DNA of 33,372 nt from a bacterium (GTDB lineage Bacteria > Aerophobota > Aerophobia > Aerophobales > AE-B3A), in the NCBI GenBank assembly GCA_046758525.1, contig JBHIAL010000002.1:1-33372 (forward strand), written 5' to 3'. Position numbers and translations under genes: made by a program. Positions 17,720 through 25,815 of the stretch are shown here, piece by piece. Position 1 is the stretch's first letter. Each line of letters opens with the position of its first letter. The notes beneath the pieces were generated by a model. That model was not told the DNA's origin. It made no database searches and saw only the letters and a list, made by a program, of their open reading frames with translations.

Positions 17720-18562
17720 ATGGTCAAACGATATACCAAGAAGGAATTTCTGGCCCGATTAAGAAGTGAGATCGAGAGAAAAAAACCGCTTCTCATGACC
17801 AGTGTTGGAGCAGGGATATGTGCCAAGTTCATTGAGAGAGGGGGAGCGGATATCATTGGTGTCTATAACACCGGCTATTATCGAATGCAGGGGTATGGTT
17901 CTCTCGCTGGCATGCTTCCCATCGCTGATACTAATGCACTCGTTTTTAACATGGGAAAGCACGAAATTCTACCCCAAGTTAAAGAAGTGCCGGTCATCGC
18001 CGGTTTGAACGGCTGCGATGTAACCAGGGATATGTATCTTTTTCTTGAAGAGTGCAAGAGAATAGGTTTTTCTGGAGTTCACAATTTTCCTACTGTAGCC
18101 TTCTTTGAGGGCAGCTTTCGCGAAACCCTGGAAGCAACAGGATTTGGTTACCAGACGGAAATTGAGATGCTCAAGACTGCTCATGATCTTGATATGCTCA
18201 GTATTGGCTATGCGTTCAATGAGGAGGAGACAGAACGTCTTATCAGGGAGGCTGATGTGGATATCTACATTTTTCACGCTGGTATTACCCGCGGGGGATC
18301 AACCGGCTATAGCAAGGGGCGATCGTTAGAAGAAATGGCCAAAAAGACACAGCAGATGTACGATATTGCCAAACGGATAAAGCCGGATATTATTCTCCTT
18401 GCCCATGGGGCAGCATTAGGTTCCCCTGAGGATGCCCAGTGTCTGCTAGATCACACCGATGCCCACGGGGTTCAGCTCGGCTCAGCTATTGAAAGGCTGG
18501 CTATCGAAGAACCTTTGCGCCAAAGAACAGAGGCGTTTAAGAAAGTAAAAGTACGTAGATAA
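17720..18562 (+). CDS. Phosphoenolpyruvate-hydrolase-like TIM-barrel protein (Tm-1 C-terminal-like)
   Basis: FLARLRSEIERKKPLLMTSVGAGICAKFIERGGADIIGVYNTGYYRMQG... matches my memory of this family. It lies 13 nt downstream of the UPF0261 gene. Confidence 0.7.
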   Translation: MVKRYTKKEFLARLRSEIERKKPLLMTSVGAGICAKFIERGGADIIGVYNTGYYRMQGYGSLAGMLPIADTNALVFNMGKHEILPQVKEVPVIAGLNGCDVTRDMYLFLEECKRIGFSGVHNFPTVAFFEGSFRETLEATGFGYQTEIEMLKTAHDLDMLSIGYAFNEEETERLIREADVDIYIFHAGITRGGSTGYSKGRSLEEMAKKTQQMYDIAKRIKPDIILLAHGAALGSPEDAQCLLDHTDAHGVQLGSAIERLAIEEPLRQRTEAFKKVKVRR

Positions 18563-18587
18563 GCAGGATAATAACTCGGTACAGGAG

Positions 18588-18821
18588 GTGCTGATACGAG
18601 TCATTTTTTCCGGTAATACAGCGAGTACCTTTAGCAATAAATTGTTTGAAGCCTTGACTCAAATCGACGCAATCCTAGGAGGGGTAGTTGATACTCCTTG
18701 GGGAAAATACCCGGTCTTCTGGGCCATCCGTAACAGAGAAAAGTACTCTGGAATTACTGTCCACTACCTAAGTGAGGCAATAGATGGGGGAGATATTATA
18801 CTCCAGAAGGCGGTTGGTTGA
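18588..18821 (+). pseudogene. Decayed formyltransferase (Fmt/PurN-like) remnant
   Basis: An N-terminal IRVIFSGNT...FEAL segment is joined directly to a PVFWAIRNREKYSGITVHYLSEAIDGGDIILQ segment (the Fmt-type xPIxWAIxNGExxTGVTxHxxxxxxDxGDIxxQ motif). About 90 internal residues and the whole C-terminal domain are missing. Confidence 0.55.
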
Positions 18822-18845
18822 CAAATAGGAAGATCTAGCTAAAAT
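18818..18845 (+). promoter_or_regulatory. Putative sigma70-type promoter of the rightward isomerase/ABC operon
   Basis: TTGACA (18818-18823), 16 nt, TAAAAT (18840-18845), 80 nt upstream of the 18926 start. Confidence 0.4.
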
Positions 18846-18925
18846 AAATTCAGTCTTTGGATAGGTGGAAGGGGTATTCGAGATCTGAGGTACAATCGAA
18901 AATTCAAGAAAAAAAGGAGAATTAG

Positions 18926-19888
18926 ATGAAGCTGGGCATTTTTACGGCTTTGTTTCATGATCGCAGTTTAGAGGAGGCTTTAGATACCGTGGCCGAGTTT
19001 GGAGTGGATGCAGTAGAAATCGGGACCGGAAATTTTGTAGGAAATGTCCATTGTAATCCTGATGAGCTCTTGTCCAGTGAAACTAAATTAGATGAATTCA
19101 AGAAAGCCTTAAGCGAGCGGGGATTGTTCATTAGTGCTCTTAGCTGTCACGGAAATCCCCTGCATCCTCAAGAAGCTATTGCCAAGGAACACCGCAAGAC
19201 AATCCGGGATACCGCTCTTTTGGCTGAAAAATTGGGAGTGAATAGAATAAACGCCTTTGCCGGTTGTCCTGGTGCTCCTGATTCCAATAAATATCCCAAT
19301 TGGGTAACCTGTCCCTGGCCTCCCTATTTTTCGGAAATAATCAAATGGCAGTGGGAGAAAAAAATTATCCCCTACTGGAGAGAGAAGGCTAAATTTCTGA
19401 GCGACCATGGGGTGAAGGTATGTATAGAGATGCACCCGGGCGATGCTGTACACACTCCGGGGAAATTGCTCAGATTAAGAGAGGCAGCCGGGGAAGCAAT
19501 TGGCTGTAATTTCGATCCCAGTCACCTTTTCTGGCAGGGTATAGATCCCCTGGCAGCGGTGAGAAAATTAGGTGAGGCCATATACCACGTACATGCCAAG
19601 GACACCAAGATTGATCCCCTAAACTCCACTTTGAACGGGGTGCTCGATGCAAAACCATATTCTGACCCAATTCACCGCTCCTGGATCTTTCGTACCGTTG
19701 GCTACGGACACAGTTATGACTTTTGGAAGGATTTCTTGAGTACCTTAAGATTGGTGGGATATGATGATGTCCTCTCCATCGAACACGAAGATAGTCTAAT
19801 GTCAGCCAGAGAAGGTATAGAAAAAGCAGTTACCTTTTTAAAGGAAATCCTGGTAAGGGAAAAACCTCGCAAAATTGAGTGGGATTAA
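18926..19888 (+). CDS. Sugar phosphate isomerase/epimerase (xylose-isomerase-like TIM barrel)
   Basis: GVDAVEIG, CIEMHPGD, NFDPSHLFWQG, HVHAKD and SIEHED segments fit the family metal-site pattern. Confidence 0.8.
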   Translation: MKLGIFTALFHDRSLEEALDTVAEFGVDAVEIGTGNFVGNVHCNPDELLSSETKLDEFKKALSERGLFISALSCHGNPLHPQEAIAKEHRKTIRDTALLAEKLGVNRINAFAGCPGAPDSNKYPNWVTCPWPPYFSEIIKWQWEKKIIPYWREKAKFLSDHGVKVCIEMHPGDAVHTPGKLLRLREAAGEAIGCNFDPSHLFWQGIDPLAAVRKLGEAIYHVHAKDTKIDPLNSTLNGVLDAKPYSDPIHRSWIFRTVGYGHSYDFWKDFLSTLRLVGYDDVLSIEHEDSLMSAREGIEKAVTFLKEILVREKPRKIEWD

Positions 19889-19978
19889 CTTGAGCTTAAT
19901 TCTCCAAAAAAATTCGAGAGAGGAGGTGGTGGGAAAAAGAAAACTAAGAACCCCAGCAGAAAATAGTAAAAGGAGGCT

Positions 19979-21313
19979 ATGATGAAAAAGATAGGTATAA
20001 TGGTGATCGCGGTGGTGTTATCTCTAGGTCTAATGAGCACCGCAAGCAGGGCTGAAAAAGTCACACTCACCGTTACCTGGGCCGCCTGGTACCCAGCAGA
20101 CTACCTGATCAAACTCTCGGAGGATTTCACCAAAGAGAACCCCAATATCAAGATCAAGGGAGATTTTATTCCCTGGCCTCAGTATCACGACCGGGTATTC
20201 ACTGAATTTGCGTCCCACAAGCCCAGCTTCGACATCGTCATTCCCGACAGCCAGTGGATCGGGGAAGCGGCAGAGGGCGGCCATCTGGTTGAAATCACCG
20301 ACTGGTTTAAAGAAAAAGTTAAATTTGATGAATGGTACGAGTTTCCTCTTCGTTCCTATGGAGAGTATCCTGATTACAGCGATCACTGGTATGGAGTCCC
20401 TCTCCTGTTGGACATGGTTCTCTTTTCTTACCGGACCGACCTTTTTGAAGACCCTAAAGAAAAGGCAGCCTTCCACGCAAAATACGGGTATGAGCTGGCC
20501 GCCCCCAAGACCTGGGATGAAGTGAGAGACATTGCCGAGTTCTTCACCCGACCAAAACAGAACCTTTACGGAACTGCACTGTGGCAGGCTCCTTGGGCTA
20601 CCGCCGGTCTGGCTGATGAGTTTCTAGGGCTTCTCTGGTCTTCGGGAGCAAATCTGTGGGATCCTCGAACCAAACACGTACAGGGAATCCTCAATAATGA
20701 CTACGGTATTGATGCCGCCAAACTCTGGGTAGACCTTTATAAGTTCTCCCCTCCGGGATCCATGAACTACAGCTTCGAGGAGACCAACATCGCTATGCAG
20801 CAAGGACTGGTAGCCACCATGGCCACTTATGCCATGTTCTATCCCGGAGTGATCGACCCCAAGCTCTCCCAGTATGCGGATAAGGTTGGTTTCTTTACCG
20901 AGCCAGGGAGGATTGGCCGGGATGGAGTATTCAGGCATTACGTACAGTTAGGAGGACAGGGATTCGCCGTTTCTTCATACACTCCCTACAAAGAGGAAGC
21001 CCTGAAGTTCATTGAGTGGTGCCTTTCCGATGAGGTACAATGGGAATGGGTAAAAGGTGGCAACATCACCGCTAAAAGAACCATTATCGAGTCCCCCAAA
21101 TATGCCGACCTCACCCCCATAAGCAAGGTGGTTCAGGAAAGTGCTCCCAGGCTAAGGGATTTCTGGGAGATACCTCAGTACAACGAGATGGGTGAATATC
21201 TCTCAGTCCAACTGAACAAGGCCGTTCTGGGAAAGATAACTCCGGAAGAGGCTATGGACAACATCGCCAAGCGCCACGAGGAGATCCTGAAAAGAGCAGG
21301 CTATTACAAGTAG
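19979..21313 (+). CDS. Extracellular sugar-binding protein of an ABC importer
   Basis: Signal peptide MMKKIGIMVIAVVLSLGLMSTASRA, SBP family 1-like, followed by two permease genes. Confidence 0.9.
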   Translation: MMKKIGIMVIAVVLSLGLMSTASRAEKVTLTVTWAAWYPADYLIKLSEDFTKENPNIKIKGDFIPWPQYHDRVFTEFASHKPSFDIVIPDSQWIGEAAEGGHLVEITDWFKEKVKFDEWYEFPLRSYGEYPDYSDHWYGVPLLLDMVLFSYRTDLFEDPKEKAAFHAKYGYELAAPKTWDEVRDIAEFFTRPKQNLYGTALWQAPWATAGLADEFLGLLWSSGANLWDPRTKHVQGILNNDYGIDAAKLWVDLYKFSPPGSMNYSFEETNIAMQQGLVATMATYAMFYPGVIDPKLSQYADKVGFFTEPGRIGRDGVFRHYVQLGGQGFAVSSYTPYKEEALKFIEWCLSDEVQWEWVKGGNITAKRTIIESPKYADLTPISKVVQESAPRLRDFWEIPQYNEMGEYLSVQLNKAVLGKITPEEAMDNIAKRHEEILKRAGYYK

Positions 21314-21320
21314 CAAATTT

Positions 21321-21360
21321 GGATGGTGCACACTCCTTTATTGGGGGGTGTGTACCATCC
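21321..21360 (+). promoter_or_regulatory. Intercistronic stem-loop after the second binding-protein gene
   Basis: GGATGGTGCACAC (21321-21333) pairs with GTGTGTACCATCC (21348-21360): 13 bp including one G.T pair that only pairs on the plus strand. Extendable by 3 more pairs. No U-tract. Confidence 0.6.
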
Positions 21361-21376
21361 TCTCAAGGAATAGAAA

Positions 21377-22288
21377 GTGAGAGGAGAAAGGAGAAAATAC
21401 CGAGGCTTCGGAAGAGGGGTCAGCGAGGGAGCACTAAAAGTTTGGTTCCTGGTCCCTACCTTTGCCCTTCTTCTTTTCATGATTGTTTTCCCTCTTATCT
21501 GGTCCCTGGGCTTGAGTTTTACTCGCTATAATGCTGTCGGTCGTGCTCCCGCTGTTTTTGTGGGCATAAGCAATTATGCACGTATATTCAGTGATCCGGA
21601 GGTCTGGGAGCGATTTATTATCACCGGAAAATTTGTGGGGATGGCCGTAGCTCTGGAGTTTATTCTGGGCTTCACTTTAGCCATGTTGTTAAACCGGGAA
21701 TTCAAGGGAAAGGGAGTGCTTACTACTTTGTTCCTGCTCCCCATGATGTTTTCTCCGGTAGTGATCGGGAAGTTTTTCAATTTCATCCTGGATACCAATT
21801 GGGGTATCCTTAATTACATATTAGGAGTATTGTTTGGCTTTCCTAAAATAGCCTGGACTACTTCTTATGAATGGGCGGTATATTCCTTAGTCATAACCGA
21901 TGTTTGGATCTGGACTCCTTTCATGCTTCTTTTGACCCTGGCAGGTCTTTCCACTGTCCCCGGATATCTCTATGAAGCCGCGGAGGTGGACAGGGCCTCA
22001 GGATGGTTTAAATTCAGATACATAACCTTGCCTCATATTTTCCCTTTACTCATTCTGGCCCTTCTTTTTAGGACCATGGACGCCTTCCGGTTCTTTGATA
22101 TCGTTTACGTTCTCACCGGAGGGGGCCCGGGAATTTCAACTCAGATCCTTCCCTTTTATATTTATAAAGAAGCTTTTCAATACTGGCATACGGGATTTTC
22201 CTCTGCCCTGGCCTATGTCTTTTTAATCATCATTATCGCTCTGAGCAACATCTATGTAACTTATCTTAACAAGTTAAGAGCAGCTTAG
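21377..22288 (+). CDS. Carbohydrate ABC transporter permease (MalF-like)
   Basis: EAA loop YEAAEVDRASGWFKFRYITLP, six TM helices, GTG start. Confidence 0.85.
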   Translation: MRGERRKYRGFGRGVSEGALKVWFLVPTFALLLFMIVFPLIWSLGLSFTRYNAVGRAPAVFVGISNYARIFSDPEVWERFIITGKFVGMAVALEFILGFTLAMLLNREFKGKGVLTTLFLLPMMFSPVVIGKFFNFILDTNWGILNYILGVLFGFPKIAWTTSYEWAVYSLVITDVWIWTPFMLLLTLAGLSTVPGYLYEAAEVDRASGWFKFRYITLPHIFPLLILALLFRTMDAFRFFDIVYVLTGGGPGISTQILPFYIYKEAFQYWHTGFSSALAYVFLIIIIALSNIYVTYLNKLRAA

Positions 22289-22297
22289 AGTAAAAGT

Positions 22298-23185
22298 ATG
22301 AATCACTTAAAAAAACAAAAATACCGTAATGCTCTGATAATCGGGATACTCATTGTTATTTTAGGTATTTATCTTTTTCCGGTTTACTGGATTTTTGCCA
22401 CGGCCACCAAGACCAAGGTGGTAGCCTTCGCTCTTCCCCCTCACTGGTGGTATCGCCCCATCATAGACAACTTCAAAAATATATTTATCGCTGGAGCTGG
22501 CGGAGCTGTAGGCCAAGTAAAACCAATAGAAATGGGATTTAGATGGTCTCTTTTCCCCCACCAGCTTTTAAACAGTATCGTGGTGGCTTTTGTCAGCACT
22601 GCCCTGGCGGTTTTCATCGGATCTCTTTCTGCCTATGTTTTTTCCCGCTTTAAAGTAAAGGGGGAGGGCGATCTGTTGTTTGTGATCCTGGCCAGTAGAA
22701 TGCTTCCTCCCATCGTTATAGTTATTCCTCTGGTCATAATGTATCGGACCCTGGCCCTATATGACACCCTAATTGGCTTAATAATAATGTATACCGTGTT
22801 CAATCTGGCCTTTGCAGTATGGATAATGAGAAGCTTTATTGATGAGATTCCCAAGGAATACGAAGAAGCAGCCATGGTGGATGGATACTCCAGGTTTCAA
22901 GCGTTTTTTAAATTTGTCCTTCCCGAGATGACACCGGGAATGATAGCCACAGCTATCTTTAGTCTAATTATGGCCTGGAATGAGTTTACCTTTGCCCTGC
23001 TGCTTACCGGGGAGAAAGCAAGAACTGCTCCTCCGGCTATTGCCCAGTCTTTAGGTACAGCAGGGGTCAACTGGGGTCATATTGCGGCTGGATCCTTCCT
23101 CATGGTCGTTCCGGTGGTGGCCTTTACTTTCGTGTTACGCAAGCACCTCATAAGAGGATTTACCTTTGGGGCCATAAAGGGATAA
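22298..23185 (+). CDS. Carbohydrate ABC transporter permease (MalG-like)
   Basis: EAA loop YEEAAMVDGYSRFQAFFKFVLP, C-terminal FGAIKG. Confidence 0.9.
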   Translation: MNHLKKQKYRNALIIGILIVILGIYLFPVYWIFATATKTKVVAFALPPHWWYRPIIDNFKNIFIAGAGGAVGQVKPIEMGFRWSLFPHQLLNSIVVAFVSTALAVFIGSLSAYVFSRFKVKGEGDLLFVILASRMLPPIVIVIPLVIMYRTLALYDTLIGLIIMYTVFNLAFAVWIMRSFIDEIPKEYEEAAMVDGYSRFQAFFKFVLPEMTPGMIATAIFSLIMAWNEFTFALLLTGEKARTAPPAIAQSLGTAGVNWGHIAAGSFLMVVPVVAFTFVLRKHLIRGFTFGAIKG

Positions 23186-23234
23186 AGCCAGAATGAGGGG
23201 AGGTAAAGATCGATTTAGTAGGTAAAGCTTATCG

Positions 23235-23390
23235 ATGAACAAAAAATATTTCGAGTCGGTGTCCATTGGTTTAATTCTTTTCGGTATTTTTAGCCTTTGT
23301 CAGCCCTTCACCTTTTTCCTTTATCATTATGGATTCGCTTTTCTAGGGGGAGGTACTGCTCTTTATATCATTGTCTCCCATATTAAATAA
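23235..23390 (+). CDS. Possible small two-TM membrane protein (51 aa)
   Basis: My own translation gives MNKKYFESVSIGLILFGIFSLCQPFTFFLYHYGFAFLGGGTALYIIVSHIK*. It fills an otherwise unexplained 228-nt gap between permease and ATPase genes. The SD is weak. Confidence 0.3.
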   Translation: MNKKYFESVSIGLILFGIFSLCQPFTFFLYHYGFAFLGGGTALYIIVSHIK

Positions 23391-23413
23391 AAGCAGGGAA
23401 TTTTTAAAAAAGA

Positions 23414-24508
23414 ATGGCCAATGTAAGGCTGAGGAATATTACTAAGCGATTTGGAGACCTGGAGGCAGTCAAAAACCTGAACCTTCAGGTGAAAGATAGA
23501 AGTTTTGTTGTCCTATTGGGTCCCTCAGGATGCGGGAAGACCACCACTCTTCGGTGTGTGGCTGGCTTGGAATCGCCTGAGGAAGGAGAGATATATTTTG
23601 ATGATGAACTGGTTAACGATCTTAGTCCTGCCGATCGAAACGTCGCTTTTGTATTCCAATTTTATGCCTTATATCCACACCTTACCGTCTGGGAAAATGT
23701 TGCTTTCCCTTTAAGAGCTGAAAGATTGCCCAAAGCCGAGCTTAACCAGAGAGTGGAGAAGATCTTAAAGCTCCTTCGTATTGAGTCACTGCGAGATCAT
23801 AAGTCGAGGAGGCTGACCAGCGGACAAGCTCAAAGAGTCGCACTGGGTAGAGCTATTATCCGTAGACCCAAGGTCTTTTTGCTTGATGAGCCCTTGAGTA
23901 ATCTGGAGGCAAAGTTCCGAGAGCAAATGAGATCGGAACTGAAGAGACTTCAGACCAGTATCGGTGCCACTACTCTTTACGTCACCCATGATCAGACAGA
24001 GGCTATGTCCATGGCGGATAAGATTGCGGTGATGGATCTAGGGGTAGTGCAGCAAATTGGAAGCCCGAGAGAGATATACAGTCATCCGGCCAATCTTTTT
24101 GTGGCCAATTTCATTGGTAGTCCTGGAATGAATTTCCTGGAGTGTCGGCTTAATGAAGGAGGCCGAGTGACCTTGAAAGAAAATTCGGGATCTTTTAACC
24201 TGGAGCTCCCGAAAGATTCTCTGGCCATGGTACGGGAAAAAGCGAGTAGTAAAGACCTCATAGTAGGAATAAGACCAGAAGATATTTCATTCTGCAATAA
24301 AAGTGATCCCCATGCTTTGAAGGCAGAAGTGTACGTTTTTGAGCCCCTGGGATCGGAGAATATTATTAATTTGAAGATAGGAGAGACTATCATTAAAGCC
24401 AGGACGCCACCTAGCTTGGTATTAAGGGCGGAGGAAGAGGTCTGGATGCGCTTTAAGGAGAAGAAAATTCACATCTTTGACAAAAATACCGAAAAAAACC
24501 TTTTATGA
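23414..24508 (+). CDS. ABC transporter ATP-binding protein (MalK/UgpC-like), deviant signature motif
   Basis: Walker A GPSGCGKTT, Q-loop FVFQ, signature LTSGQ (not LSGGQ), Walker B LLDEP, D-loop SNLE, H-loop VTHDQ, MalK-type C-terminal regulatory domain. Confidence 0.9.
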   Translation: MANVRLRNITKRFGDLEAVKNLNLQVKDRSFVVLLGPSGCGKTTTLRCVAGLESPEEGEIYFDDELVNDLSPADRNVAFVFQFYALYPHLTVWENVAFPLRAERLPKAELNQRVEKILKLLRIESLRDHKSRRLTSGQAQRVALGRAIIRRPKVFLLDEPLSNLEAKFREQMRSELKRLQTSIGATTLYVTHDQTEAMSMADKIAVMDLGVVQQIGSPREIYSHPANLFVANFIGSPGMNFLECRLNEGGRVTLKENSGSFNLELPKDSLAMVREKASSKDLIVGIRPEDISFCNKSDPHALKAEVYVFEPLGSENIINLKIGETIIKARTPPSLVLRAEEEVWMRFKEKKIHIFDKNTEKNLL

Positions 24509-24522
24509 TTTGAACCAGGAAG

Positions 24523-25611
24523 ATGGCAAACCTTAGATTAGTAAATCTTAGCAAGCGTTTTGAGGATGTTCAAGCCATTAAGGGCTTGAATCTGGAGATT
24601 GAAGACGGTGAGCTTATGGTACTGTTGGGGCCAACCGGAGCGGGAAAGACTACCACTCTCAGGTCAGTCGCTGGATTAGAGCATCCTGAAGAAGGGGAGA
24701 TTTTCATTGATGAGGTGAAAGCTAATGAGCTTCCTCCAGCAGAAAGAGACATAGCCTTTGTCTTTCAGAACTACTCCTTATACCCTCGTTACCGCGTATT
24801 TGAAAATATAGCTTCCCCTCTTAGGGCAAGAGGAATGCCTGACGATGAGATTCAGAGAATTGTTAAACAAACAGCAGTGGTTTTACACATCGATCATTTA
24901 CTGGACCGCAGGCCAGTAAACTTAAGTGGGGGTGAGATGCAGAGAGTAGCTATTGGTAGGGCGCTGGTGAGACAACCGAAGATATTTTTGATGGATGAAC
25001 CCCTGAGTAATCTCGACGCTAAACTTAGAGAGGGAATGAGAACCGAGCTAAAGCGGCTCCAGAAGGATATCAAAGCCACTTTTTTCTATGTTACTCCTGA
25101 TCAAGCAGAAGCTCTATCTATGGCCGATAGAATTGCCGTCTTACGTCAGGGGGAGATACAACAGGTAGGTATCCCTTCAGAAATCTACAATCATCCCCGG
25201 ACTATGTTTATTGCCGAGTTTGTAGGATCTCCAGGGATGAATTTCATTGACTGCTTCTGTGAGAAAAAAAACACGCTCAACATTGGACCGAATTTGTTCA
25301 CCCTGGTTATCCCGGAAAGCCGGCGGGATAAAATCACCGAGGAGGCTGCCAATTCTGAGTTGGCATTCGGGATAAGACCGGAGGATATTAGCTTGAGTAA
25401 AGAAAAGAGAGCCAATTATATCCGAGCCGAGATGGATGTTATGGAATCTATGGGTTCTTTAAATATCGTCAGTTTGAAACTAGGAGGTCATATTCTCAAG
25501 GTCAAAACAGATCCAGATTTCGAAGCCAGACCCGGAGATCCCCTATGGGTTGATTTCGACCAAGAAAAGATACATATCTTTGATAAGGACACTCAGAGAG
25601 CGATTATTTAG
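24523..25611 (+). CDS. ABC transporter ATP-binding protein (MalK/UgpC-like), H-loop His replaced by Pro
   Basis: Walker A GPTGAGKTT, signature LSGGE, Walker B LMDEP, D-loop SNLD, H-loop position reads VTPDQ (CCT at 25096-25098). Confidence 0.9.
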   Translation: MANLRLVNLSKRFEDVQAIKGLNLEIEDGELMVLLGPTGAGKTTTLRSVAGLEHPEEGEIFIDEVKANELPPAERDIAFVFQNYSLYPRYRVFENIASPLRARGMPDDEIQRIVKQTAVVLHIDHLLDRRPVNLSGGEMQRVAIGRALVRQPKIFLMDEPLSNLDAKLREGMRTELKRLQKDIKATFFYVTPDQAEALSMADRIAVLRQGEIQQVGIPSEIYNHPRTMFIAEFVGSPGMNFIDCFCEKKNTLNIGPNLFTLVIPESRRDKITEEAANSELAFGIRPEDISLSKEKRANYIRAEMDVMESMGSLNIVSLKLGGHILKVKTDPDFEARPGDPLWVDFDQEKIHIFDKDTQRAII

Positions 25612-25815
25612 ATCGAGCCCAAAAATCACTGAGCCCTTTTTGGGAGCTGCTAGTTGGCTTACCTAATGGGTATAGATGTGGGAACAACAGGAAGGTCTAC
25701 GATGAATATTATAGAGTTTATGGTAGTCTTTATCCGGCATTAACTCTGAACTTTGATAAAATAAATAATTGATCGCCAGGTAGTCAGAGAAACAAGATCA
25801 ACAAAGGAGAAAAGA

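Noticed and set aside
25612-25815. Possible oriC or DnaA-box cluster upstream of dnaN, and a terminator-like CCCAAAAA/TTTTTGGG stem at 25618-25644.
   Set aside because: There is only one partial DnaA-box-like 9-mer (TTATCCGGC) and no AT-rich repeat array. The stem is A-T dominated with an 11-nt loop and no U-tract.
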